Below the pieces are notes generated by a model that ran no database searches, was not told the DNA's origin, and worked only from the letters and a program-made list of their open reading frames with translations. 64,000 nucleotides of DNA from Octopus bimaculoides (taxonomy: Eukaryota), in NCBI RefSeq assembly GCF_001194135.2, contig NC_068987.1:89685805-89749804 (forward strand), in the 5' to 3' direction. Made by a program: the position numbers and the translations under genes. This document shows, piece after piece, positions 26,060 to 37,690 of the stretch. Within the stretch, counting starts at the first letter, position 1; every line of letters begins with the position of its first letter.

Positions 26060-26822
26060 TTATTTGCATTTGATGGAAATGTGCCACACCCTAGAGGTTG
26101 AGGGAACCTGTGGAAGAGGTAGATTCAGGAAGACCTGGGATGAGGTGATGAAGCACGACCTTCGAACATTAGGCCTCACTGAGGTAATGACTAGCGACCG
26201 AGACCTTTGGAAATATGCAGTGCATGAGAAGACCTGGCAAGCCAAGTGAGACCATAACCCATAGCCTATGCCAGTGGAGTAACCAGCCCACTTATGCATA
26301 CCTTTCCTTCATTTAGACACTAAACTCTGCTTGCGAAGACCTGTTGAGGCAAGTGAGATCGAAATCAAATTTGATGACTGGAACCCGTGCCAGTGGAACA
26401 CCATCCGAGCATGATCGTTGCCAGAGCAGCTGACTGGCTTCCTTGCCGGTGGCATGTAAAAAGCACCATTCGAGTGTGATCGTTACCAGTGTCGCCTTAC
26501 TGGCACTTGTGCTGGTGGCATGTGAAAAAGCATTCGAGCGCGGTCATTTCCAGTGCTGCTTCACTGGCTCCTGTGCAGGTGGCACGTAAAAAAATACCAT
26601 TTGAGCGTGGCCTTTGCCAGTACTGCCTGACTGGCCCTTGTGCCGGTGGCATGTAAAAGCATCCACTATACTCTGAGTGGTTGACATTAGGAAGGGCATC
26701 CAGCTGTAGAAACTCTGCCAGATCAGATTGGAGCCTGGTGCAGCCATCTGGTTTGCCAGTCTTCAGTCAAATCGTCCAACCCATGCTAGCATGGAAGGTG
26801 GATGTTAAACGATGATGATGAT
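26060..26822 (+). mobile_element. RTE LINE 3' end with tandem hairpin-unit 3' UTR and (ATG)n tail
   Basis: CHTLEVEGTCGRGRFRKTWDEV then the same 3' UTR as the 6.3-8.3 kb element. Confidence 0.85.
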
Positions 26823-27594
26823 GGATATTTGTCCTCATCTTGTTTGTTGTTAACACAACGTTTCGGCTGATATACCCTTCAGCCCACGGGCATATGGCGT
26901 AGTGGTTAAGAGCACAGGCTACTAACCCTAAGATTCTGAGTTCGATCCCAGACAGTGACCTGAATAATAATAATAGTATCGAAAAATACCTTGGGAATGA
27001 AAACCCAGGTTTGAAATTTCTCCAAGACACCTGATGAAGGCTGGAGGGTATATCATCTGAAATGTTGTTAACAACAACATTTTGGCTGATAACAAAATGT
27101 GTTAACAACAAACAAGATGAGGACAAATATCCGTCAAATGTAAATAATGTACATAATTCCTCATCTCTTAAATATAGGACTGTCTTTGTTATATTTAAAA
27201 TTAATTGAAAGAAATACAGAGCATCTAAACAGAAATATGGTAACAAAAGGGTCAAACAATTTAGAAGAAAGTGGGTATTACTATACATGCTTTCCACAAA
27301 TCGTCTAATCTATCTTTACACCCACTCTACTGCCCCCCCCTCTCTCTCCAATGTCATTTTAGAAATGATCACATTGAAATCTTGAAGCTATGAGATAATG
27401 CATGACTACTTCAAAGCAACAATACAGTTCTATATTTAAGAGATGAGGAATTATGTACATTATTTACATTTGACAGATATTTGTGCTCATCTTGCTTGTT
27501 GTTAACGCGTTTCTGCTGATACACCCTCCAGCCTTCACCAGGTGTCTTGGGGGAAATTTCGAACCTGGGTTCTCATTCCTATGGTATTTTTCAA

Positions 27595-27627
<33 letters not shown>

Positions 27628-27864
27628 AGTCACTACCTGGAATAAGGCTACTAATCCCAATATTCTGAGTTTGATTCCAGCATTGACCTGAATAATAATA
27701 ATAGTAATAATAATAATATCAAAAAATACCTTAGGAATGAGAGCCCAGGTTTGAAATTTTCCCCAAGACACCTGATGAAGGCTAGAGAGTATATCAGCTG
27801 AAACATTGTTAACAACAAACAAGATGAGGACAAATATCTGTCAAATATAAATAATGTACATAAT
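26823..27864. mobile_element. Cluster of four alternately oriented copies of a tRNA-head + hammerhead-like element
   Basis: Shared AAGACACCTGATGAAGGCTGGAGGGTATATCAGCCGAAACG...AACAAGATGAGGACAAATATC in -, +, -, + orientations; A/B-box head at 26888-26960. Confidence 0.75.
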
Positions 27865-27899
27865 GTACTTCAAAGCAATGTGCATAATTAATGCATTAC

Positions 27900-28290
27900 A
27901 TTTGACAGACTAATTTGAATGCTAAAGGGATAAAGCAGTTTTTTGCAGATTGGTGAAACTGCCATATCTGATCATATTAAGCCCTATGAAAATTATTGTT
28001 CCTGCTACAAGACCTGGAATTGTAGCTAATAAATTGGTCACTTTACCAAATATTACCATTATGATAACCATAACTTTTGCAATATGACTTGCAAGCTTTG
28101 TTATACTAATAATGGTAGTGTGCATGCTGTATGAAGTAGGGGCATGAGAGACCCCCATAAGTCTAGCTAATACATCCACTAGACCCTCAGGAAACAGCCC
28201 ATGGTTAATAATAGCTTCAACCCCAAAGGTGAGGGTATTATTTTTCATTTATCTTGAAGTAGGTGCCCAGAACAAAATGTCAGTGAATTG
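27900..28290 (-). pseudogene. SLC23/NAT (nucleobase-ascorbate transporter) gene fragment in SDR intron 1
   Basis: ORF 27922-28248 gives INHGLFPEGL..VLARLMGVSHAPTSYS...ITKLAS...GKVTNLLATIP..VAGTIIFIGLNMI...TNLQ, matching the SLC23 INRGIFxEG...TSYSENIG.I.ITKV.S...GK..AL.ATIP...SNLQ region; signature degraded and flanks frameshifted. Confidence 0.7.
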
Positions 28291-29249
28291 TTTGGCAGAT
28301 AGATGAATAAGGCAGCTTAGAAGTTTATTCTTTCAGTTGGCAGTTTTAATTTTTTTTTAGCCCAAGGGTTCATGTGGCCAGTTACTCAGTTTTCATAGCA
28401 TATAACTCACTGAGATCACAATATTCTCTTGAATGGGACACCAGTCCATTGCACAGTTTAGAGCCAGCAGTTTTCAATGGAAGGAGCAGATTGATTACAT
28501 TAATCCCAATACTTTCTGCTACTTTATTTTATTGGCAAAGTTGACCTTGGCAGGATTTGAACTCAGAATGTAAAGAACAGCAAGAAATGCTGTTATACAT
28601 TTTGCCTGACGTGCTAATTCTGCCAGCTCATTAGCTTATGTTGGCAGTTGTTCTGTCAAAATAAGCAAAGAATTTGTTACCCTCAACACAGTGGCAAGGA
28701 TCTCAGTTGACATGAAGCTCAGCCATGTGTATAAATTGTCGAAATGAGGCCAAATAGCTAGTGATGGAGCAACAAGGAGATTCCTGACAAAGTACCATTT
28801 AGAAAGAATTGCTAACGCTTGAAGTAATTCATTTGGCAATATTGCAATTAAGGCTTGTTGAAAACTTACAGGCCACTAGCTGTGTGTTGCATAAAAGCTG
28901 CATTTGGCTGCATTCGAAAGCTTAAATGAGGTTAATAGGAAAACTGTTTAGTTGTTGCCAGTGAGTCATTGCAATATTAGTTGATGAAGCAATTTTTAAC
29001 TTGTAAACAAATTATACTCCCAGTCCTCCTATTTTCACTCATCTCTTTCTCCAAGACAAAACTCTGTCTCCATCAGTAAAACTTGTTGCTACAAAAATAA
29101 CACCTTCCTGTATTGTTATCTAATTTCTTGCAAAAACAGTCATCTTTCACAAAGTGCAAGTTTCCAAGGATTTTTGCAATAGTGAAATATAGATTCATTA
29201 CATCTTTATGTCACAATCATACCTCTAAATTGTTATTACTTACATACAT

Positions 29250-29480
29250 AAGCCCTTCATTCCCTATAGAGCAGGGGCCATCAACAGCTTTTCTCTATTG
29301 TTCTAGACTTTGGGTTGTCTTTTCTGTTTCTTTCCAGTTGGATCCCTGCTTTTGCAACTCTTATCTTTTCCTCCATCTATTTTTAGGGTGTCCTCTCTTC
29401 CACTTCTCTTGTGGGTTTCAGGTCAGGACCCAATATGTAATACTGGATGTTGGTTTCTTTAACGTGTGGCTTATCCTTTT
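29250..29480 (-). mobile_element. Older RTE-family 3' end
   Basis: LTWNPQEKWKRGHPKNRW, resembling the RTE C-terminal W.P.G.R.RGRPK.TW motif. Confidence 0.55.
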
Positions 29481-29866
29481 GGATTTTGTTGCACTGCACC
29501 ATTTGTTTCCCCCACCCCAAAGGCCTTTATCTCCTCCAAAACCTTGTTGGTTTGGGATTGTCATCAATGCTTCTGTAACATTGTTTTTGTCCTGAGTAGG
29601 GGTGTTGATCATATACGACCTCATTTTTACCTCTGAGAAGAAGCAGTCCATATTAGCCTGGTCTCTATCGTTTGACCTGTCCAGTGTGGGAGTCCCTAAT
29701 AGAAGCTTGTTCCCTGTTGACATAGCTTTGTGTCTTTGAGACACACAAACCACCACAACACAATAGGGATTTGACCTTGTGGTGGACTAAATCTCTATAC
29801 ACTCCTAAAATAAAATTGGTAGCAGATCGAAGCAGTAGACTGTGGGACAAAATACCTTGTATGTTA

Positions 29867-30091
29867 TTGGGTTGGTGCATAATTATTGTGGCTTTTCTCA
29901 ACAAATTTTATTCAACAAAAACAATAACATGTAACAAAAACATCTTTAAATGATTATTCCGGAGCATATTCACCATCTACTTCAATTACTGCTTCCCATT
30001 TGCTTGGCAGATGGTCAGACTGTCATTTAAAGATGTTTTTGTTGAATAAAATTTGTTGGAAAAAAGCTGCAATAATTATGCACCAACCCAA
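29867..30091. mobile_element. Non-autonomous mariner MITE (MADE1-like ends)
   Basis: TTGGGTTGGTGCATAATTATTG ends in inverted orientation, TA TSD, extended internal inverted arms. Confidence 0.85.
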
Positions 30092-31842
30092 TAGCTTACA
30101 TACTCTTTTATCTTCAGTTTTCAGATCCCACCCAAATTGACTTTGCATTCATTCTTCTGAGCTTGGTAAAATAAATACCACTTAGTAATTAAAAAAAATG
30201 TTGATGTATTGGGAAGCAAACTTCTTAACCACGCCCCTACATCTCAGCCTATCAACTTATATCTTGATCAGAATCGACTTGACTACTTCCTGTGACAGTT
30301 TATCTAATCCTTCCTTTTTTAGCCGAGTTCCTTGTCCAGAATTCTCTTTCCACATCAGCCTTATTTTTCTTTTTAATACATAGATGCAGGTATGGCTGTG
30401 TGTGTAAGAAGTTTACTCTACAAGCATGTGGTTTCAAGTTCTGTCCCACAGCACAGCACCTTCAGCGAACGTCTTGAACTATAACCTTGGGCTGACCAGG
30501 CCTTATGAATAAATTTGGTAGACAGAAACTGTGTGGAAGCCCATATATGGATGTGTCTTTATGCCTGTCTTCAGCATCCCCTCCCCCAACTGTCTGAGAG
30601 CTAGTGTTGGTTTACTTACCTCCCTATAACTTAGCAGAGTTTGGCAAAAAGAAACTGATAGAATAAATACCAGTCTTAAAAAGAACAAAAAACAAAATGA
30701 CTGGGACTAATTTGTTTGACTAAACCATTGCAAGATGCTGCCCCAGCATGGCTGTGGTCCAATGACTGGAACCTTTAAACTAAGTTTAGCATGTCTTGTG
30801 AACAAAAACCAGATTGTGAGGAGTCTGTGGTCTGTGATGGTAATAAATAATAGGGGAAAGTTTGTGTGTTTGGATCAGTTTGAAGAGAGGAATAGAGCAG
30901 ACACTGACCTTTTGTGTCGTTTTATCTGAGAAAGAGAAGAAAATATTGGCTTTGGTGGTGATGGTGGGAAAATTTCTTTCCCACAAACGGAGGGAGAATT
31001 CTAAAAGGTCAGATTCCCCCCCCCCCCCAACATGTCAACTTAGATACACTCATCAACTTCATTGCAAATAACTAAATCTATTCAAGTCCCATGAATATCT
31101 TTCCAGGTCAAAAAATGAAGTTTCATGCAAACATTCATTTCAATGACAATCAATCATATCTCACTTTAAACGACTGCTGTTCATGTCTAAAATTCCTTGT
31201 GAAACTTTCGGAATGCCTCTTATTTTAAACCGAACCAATAAATTGTTTTTACAGAAGACAGCTTCTGTTAACGTTTACTTAACTACAAAGATTAAAAAAA
31301 AAATTTTATCTTTGAAGCGTTCATTAACAGCAATGCTATTTTTTTCTTTTTTAAAGTTTATTAGTCTCTTTTGCAGAACTGCTGTTACAGAGATGTAAAC
31401 AAACCAATATTGGTTGTCAAGCCATGGGAAAAGAATGACAAACACACATTTATAATACAATGGGATTCCTCACAGTTTTTCTGTTTACTAGATTCACTTA
31501 GATTGGTTGGCCCGTGGCTATAGTAAAAGACACTTTCCCAAGGTGATGTGCAATGGAACTGAACTCAAAACCACATGGTTGCAAAGCAAGTTTCTTAACC
31601 ACACAGCCATGCTTGTTCTTATAGTATAATTACTTTAAGGCAGCAGATTAATGATTTAGAATAGTCTGAGTTCAAATCCCACTTGGGTTAGCTTCACCTT
31701 ATCTCATTTTGGGAAGATATTCAGTGTCTGTAGTAACCCCCAAAGAATAAGAGACCCTGCTGACATTATTATCAAAACCTTATATTGAAATTTTCAGTTT
31801 GTATTTTATGCATTTTTAAAAATAGAAATTTATTATTTTCTG

Positions 31843-32418
31843 GTATGGTCATGTGTTGCGTATGGATGAGGACAGCTGTGTGAAAATGTGTCACACCCTG
31901 GCAGCAGAGGTAACCTGTGGAAGAGGTAGACCCAGGAAGACCTGGGATGAGGTGGTGAAGCATAATCTTTGAACATTGGGCCTCACAGAAGCGATGACAA
32001 GTGATTGAGACCTTTGAAGATATGCTGTGCTTGAGAAGACCCTGCGAGCCAAGTGAGACTATTGCCTAAGTCAGTGCAGCATAACTGGTCTATTTAAGGG
32101 TATCCTTCAATCATTGGGCAATAAACTGTGCTTGCAAAGACCTGTTGAGTCAAGTGAAGTCTTTGTCGTGGCATGTAAAAATCACCATTTGCGCATGGTC
32201 AATGCAAGTGCTGCCTGACTGGCCCCATGCCGGTGGCACGTAAAAAAGCACTCACTACATTCTCAGAGTGGTTGGTATTAGGAAGGGCATCCAGCTGTAG
32301 AAACCTTGCCAGATCAGATTGGAGTCTGGTGCAGCCTCCTGGCTTGCCAGTCTTCAGTCAAACCGTCCAACCCATGACAGCATGGAAAGCAGACGTTAAA
32401 CAATGATGATGATGATGA
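31843..32418 (+). mobile_element. RTE LINE 3' end with UTR and (ATG)n tail
   Basis: Same GHV...DEDSCV...GRGRPRKTWDEV sequence and tail. Confidence 0.85.
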
Positions 32419-32816
32419 ATGCACTTAACTATAACACCAGTGTACCACCGCACATCTAACTACATCTTGTGGTGCAGTATAGTGTAGTTGGGAACCAATG
32501 ACCTGGAGAGATGGAAAGTGAAGTCAACCTTGTCTTTGAACACAGAATATAACGGTATAACTAGATAATAAATGATAATAATAAAAATACTAAACTTATT
32601 ATATACAGTGCTTAGGGGCTCTACGATTCTTCAGCAAAAGTAGCCAAAAGCTCATGAACAGTACATAGAATAATGCACAGGAAATGAACTGTGAACGAGT
32701 CATTTAAATGAAAAAAAAAGAAAGAAAATAGTGTATATAGCTGCAGAATATTTTGCCATTATTTTGATTTTTAACTTTTTACTGAATTTGATGAATTTCT
32801 TTTCTCTTTTTCCAAG

Positions 32817-32943
32817 GTTGTGATAGCGGATTTGGTTTTGCAATTGCTCAAAAATTGGATAGCATTGGTATGAAAGTCCTAGCTGGCTGTCTGGACCAGT
32901 GTGGTAAAGGAGCAACGAAATTAAAAAGTTCTTGTTCAGAAAG
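32817..32943 (+). CDS. SDR exon 2 (GCDSGFGFAIAQKLDSIGMKVLAGCL...)
   Basis: AG acceptor, GTGAGA donor, 127 nt; completes TGCDSGFG, the NAD-binding motif typical of the RDH/HSD17B2/HSD11B2/BDH1 group. Confidence 0.95.
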
Positions 32944-33062
32944 GTGAGATGGTACACATATTTTTAAAGTCAATACTTTAACCCTTCTGCAGAAGGTGAA
33001 TGTTGTTGATCCTTCAGCTGTGGGCCGAGACCATTTGTAATGTACCCAGAGTACAGTAATGT

Positions 33063-33448
33063 GGAGGCGCAATGGCCCAGTGGTTAGGGCAGCGGACTCG
33101 CGGTCGGAGGATCGCGGTTTCGATTCCCAGACCGGGTGTTGTGAGTGTTTATTGAGCGAAAACACCTTAATCTCCACAAGGCTCCAGCAGGGTATGGTGG
33201 CGAACCCTGCTGTACTCTTTCACCACAACTTTCTCTCACTCTTATTTCCTGTTTCTGTTGTGCCTGTAATTCAAAGGGTCAGCCTTGTCACACTGTGTCA
33301 CACTGAATCTCCTTGAGAACTATGTTAAGGGTACATGTGTCTGTGGAGTGCTCAGCCACTTGCCCGTTAATTTCACGAGCAGGCTGTTCCGGTGATCGGA
33401 TCAACTGGAACCCTTGATGTCATAGGTGACGGAGTGCCAATAACAACA
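33063..33448 (+). mobile_element. Full-length, young tRNA-derived SINE
   Basis: A box TGGCCCAGTGG, B box GGTTTCGATTCC, (AAC)n tail, 10-bp TSD ACAGTAATGT at 33053-33062 and 33449-33458. Confidence 0.88.
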
Positions 33449-36199
33449 ACAGTAATGTACTTGGATCTTCACTTACAAGGCATTGGTTGGCCTGTGGCTA
33501 TAGTAAAAGACACTTTCCCAAGGTGATGTGCAATGGGACTGAACTCAAACCCACATGGTTGCAAAACAAGCTTCTTAACCACACAGCCATGCTTGTTCTT
33601 ATAATATAATTACTTTAAGGCAGCAGATTAATGATTTAGAATAGTCTGTTGGTCATTGAGGCACCACTGAAGACATTGTCTTGTGAAGGTCTATCAAGGG
33701 CAAGTCAGGCTAACAGAACCCACTTGTTTACCAATTATAAATCTTATGATGTGGTCTTGAAATGCTGTATGTTTTCAAGTTTTTCTTTTTCAGACCATGT
33801 GACACAATTTAATCCAATACATGAGCAGAGGGATAATTTAAATGTTCGTTTTTAACTTGCATTCAGTTTGATTTCAAGAAGCTGTTCATGCCAGCAACCT
33901 TGTTATTGCTTAATCCATTAATGCTTATTTATTTACATTGTTTTGGAGCGTGGTTGTTGCCAGTGCCCCTGGACTGGCTATTGTGCGGGTGGCATGTAAA
34001 TTACACCATTTTGAGCGTGGCCGTTGCCAGTACCGCTGACTGGCCTTCGTGCCGGTGGCATGTAAAAGCACCGACTACACTCTCGGAGTGGTTGGTATTA
34101 GGAAGGACATCCAGCTGTAGAAACTCTGCCAAATCAGATTGGAGCCTGGTGTAGCCACCTGGTTCGCCAGTCCTCAGTCAAATCGTCCAATCCATGCTAG
34201 CATGGAAAGCAGACGTTAAACGATGATGATGTGTTATCTGATGGCTTTGAGATTTTGACGATGTGATTGCTCATTTTTAGAATGACATTTCAGAGTATGT
34301 CTGAGAGGCCAGATCTGGCTAGTTTGCACATAGAACAAGTAGAATATTTTGGCCGGATGTGTCTTGTTTAAATGCTAAAGAGCTAAGCTGATAACATATG
34401 CTCTACATACATTTATAAGTCTGCCATAGATTGTTATGTCTGGGTTTGGCTGAGTCTTATCTGTTGTAGTGATGCATTTGGTCTCATAAACATTAATTCG
34501 GAGACCCATTTGTTTTGCATTTGCAGCTGAGTAATGAAACCTTGATGGTTAGCAATGTTATTGTTAATAGTTAGCAAGATCATCTGCATTAACATAGATT
34601 AGAGATTATTTGACATGCAATAGAGAATCCAGTATCATTTATTTCTTTCATTTTTATGGTCACTGCAACAAAATGTTTCCTTGCTTGACCTCTTTCATTA
34701 TGTCCATGATCATACTTGTACCAACATTGATCTTGAGAATGTGAATTAACTTTCATATTTAAATATATGGAGGCCACTTTTGGGCCTGCTATATAACCCG
34801 TTTTAGTGGGGCAGCAAATGTGGTACATACTCCAGCTATGTCACTGGACCAAACAACAATAGACACCACTTTTTTCTCTTAAGTGTTGTGTTGTGTTGGT
34901 TTTCAACAGGTGAATCAATAGGTATCAGATAGTTGTTCTCATAAATTACGCAAACGTTATTCAGGTATGATTTATTATACTTTGTGGCAAAACACATTTA
35001 TGTCAAAATGTAACAAGCAATTTGTCTTATGAAACTTGATTGAGTATTAAGTTATCGGCATGTTTTGTCCTATTAAGTATTAGTTTCCAGTTAAGAATTG
35101 AAAAAGTTATAGTTTGGTGTTATAATAATGTTAAAACTGGTAATTTCTCTCAGGCCAAGGAGTAAGTTTATACTTGACTTGTTAGAAATAACAGCCAAAA
35201 AAAGGAAGCTTCTATGCAGCCACTTGACCTGCTAAAACAGTAGCTAGTTTACCTCCTTACACACGACTGATTAACACACATTGAAGATGGGTAACCACCC
35301 AGAAACCCAGGTCTGTGTGTATTATGTAAGGCTAGAGATGGGATCGATGACTTCCCTTGCAAATACTAATTGGACACAGATTGTGTGTTGTTGGCCAGAT
35401 GGAGGAGATGTCTTCCTGGGGCTAAAAACAATAGTAACATCATCCTCTCTAGGACTGCCACATTTAGTTGGCAAATATATTTTATGAAACCCAGATTGTT
35501 GAAAATTGACAAACTTCTTTTAAACTAGCAAGGGTAGGGATATAGTTACAGTATGTGCTGCCCTTATGTTTGACCCCCCCCCCTCACACACCAGCAGTAT
35601 AGCCTCTACAGGTTTATTTAGCAGAACTAAAGTGCCTCCCTAATAAAAGCCTTGCTTGGAGTGGACAGCTCCCCCTCCTCAGTTATTGAATGAGAAAGCT
35701 TTTATTTGGTCACTTGATCTGTTAGAAATAGTAGCCTGAGCAACAGAGGGAGCCTCTTCTAAATAGAGGTTCGACCTGTTTAAAATAGCAACCAAATTTC
35801 CTCTAATCACATCCTTAAAATAAAGAACACACATTGGCGAATGTACTTATTGACATGCAAAATGGTGTGATGGCCATAACTGAAATGTCATTTTTTATCA
35901 GTTAATCTACACGTAAATGACAACTGTTACCTTCTGTTTGACTTTGTGTATTGAGAAGTGTTAGGGGCCTCCCTCCTCTCATTGTCTTGTAGGTTTCAGT
36001 CATTGGGTTGCTGTTGTGCTGAGGCACAGCTTTGGAAGGTTTCAGCTGACCAGGTTGACCACAGTATTTATTTTTTTAAAATTTGGTATTTTTTCTATTG
36101 GTCTCTTTTGCCGAACCACTTCAATGCAGGGCCATAAACAAACCGACATCGATTGTCAAGAGCTGGTGAGGATACAAGTACTGCAATACCACTGGATGG

Positions 36200-36500
36200 G
36201 TGATGTCAGTGTGCACACACAACAGAGCGTAAGTGATGATTCAAGAGGAAAACTGGGTATAACAGGCATTAGATGTTGTGTGCAAGAGAGAAGACTACAC
36301 TGGCTTGGTCATGTGATGTGTGTGGATGAGGACAGCTGCATAAAGAAGAGCCAGTCTCTAATTGTAGAGGGAACCTGTGGAAAGGGTAGGCCCTGGAAGA
36401 CATGGGAGTAAGTGGTGAGAAAGGATCTTCAGATACTGGGCCTCACTGAGGAGATGACAACGAACCAACACTTGTGGTGATTTGCTGAACTTGAGAAGAT
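36200..36500 (+). mobile_element. RTE LINE 3' coding fragment
   Basis: VQERRLHWLGHVMCVDEDSCIKK...GTCGKGRPWKTW. Confidence 0.75.
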
Positions 36501-36829
36501 ATGTCAAGTTGGATATATTGACAGGAGTTGGCAAGCTGGAGAGGTGCACCAGGCTTCAATTATCTTTTTTGGCATGGTTTTTGACAGCTGGATGCTTTTG
36601 CTAATGCCAACCACTTTGCAGAGTGCACTGGGGGCTTTATACATGGTACTAGCTTGGTTGCTTTATGCTTTGCACCTGCAGAGGTGCCGTATACATGGAG
36701 ATCCCCTTTCGGTCATGAATGACCATGGGATTGCACCTACAAAGTTACCCTCCCTGGCACAAGTCTGGGCAAGGTTGTTTGTGAAAGGCCAGCAGTCGCC
36801 CATGCATACCAGCCTCCCCTCTGTATGCC

Positions 36830-37030
36830 AGTGATGTTATCCAAGGGAAAGGCAAAGGGGCCGATACAGCTTGTCACCTGTGACGTTGCAACTCATTTCT
36901 ACAGCTGAGTGAACTGAAGCAACGTGAAATAAAGTGTCTTGCTCAAGAACACAAGATGCAACCCGGTCCGGGAATCAAACTCACAACCTCATGACTGTAA
37001 GCTTGACGCTCTAACCACTGAGCCATGCTG
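36830..37030 (-). mobile_element. Further tRNA-SINE family (CORE/V-like body); second copy at about 38640-38840
   Basis: Shared CTGAGTG.ACTG.AGCAA.GTGAAAT.AAGTGT.TTGCTCAAGAAC.CA and CTCTAACCACT..GC.ATG (reverse complement of a tRNA head). Confidence 0.65.
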
Positions 37031-37239
37031 TATACATAGCATAAATATTAATGGTGTGGTTGTATTTTCGTGGCAGGATCAGAAAATAAAAATATTTTTG
37101 TAATATTTTAATTAACAAGTCTTGTTTTCTGTTATCTACTGTGTTGTTTGGCTTTTCAAAGAAATGATAATTATATATTTATTTTAATTACAACTGGAGC
37201 AGCAATAATCTAATTTATATATCTTATATTTCTGTATAG

Positions 37240-37325
37240 GTTAGTGGTATTAAAATTGGATGTTACGAACCATAGGGATATTGAAAATGCGAAAAGCTAC
37301 GCACAAGAATTACTTGGAGAAGATG
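37240..37325 (+). CDS. SDR exon 3 (LVVLKLDVTNHRDIENAKSYAQELLGED)
   Basis: TAG acceptor, GTAAG donor, 86 nt; LDVT motif. Confidence 0.93.
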
Positions 37326-37507
37326 GTAAGTGCACCTTAGGTTGGTGTATGTAATGTCTTTTGTAATGTTGTTGTTTAACTTATAATTCCCTGATTGAAT
37401 AAATCTACGGGATAAGGCATTTTAATCTGACCATCCTATTATTTTTGCAAGCCTAGTGTTAGAAATAACTTCTTGTAACCGTTATATTTTTGCTTCCAAT
37501 TCTTCAG

Positions 37508-37690
37508 GTCTGTGGGGTCTTGTCAACAATGCTGGGATTTCTTACTTTGCTGAGACTGAAATGACATCTGAAGAAATATTCCAGAAGACAATTAATGTTA
37601 ATCTTTTTGGTACAATTCGATTGACAAAAGCATTCTTACCTTTCATTAGGAGAAGCAAAGGTAGAATAATCAACATGGCCAGTTTCGTTG
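37508..37690 (+). CDS. SDR exon 4 ([10 protein letters not shown]...VNLFG...[10 protein letters not shown])
   Basis: CAG acceptor, GTAATT donor, 183 nt; LWGLVNNAG and GRIINxxS motifs. Confidence 0.96.

Larger units (their letters stand above)
31502..33648 (+). repeat. 167-bp direct repeat pair (31502-31668 and 33482-33648)
   Basis: About 6 mismatches; includes non-SINE flanking sequence; offset 1980 bp. Confidence 0.9.

Noticed and set aside
26380-26670. CRISPR-like regular repeats
   Set aside because: Eukaryotic context, no unique spacers; these are degenerate tandem units of an RTE 3' UTR.
26888-26960. tRNA gene candidates (also 33063-33135 and 41566-41630)
   Set aside because: They have A/B boxes but no complete cloverleaf and are embedded in repeats; they are SINE-type heads, not tRNA genes.
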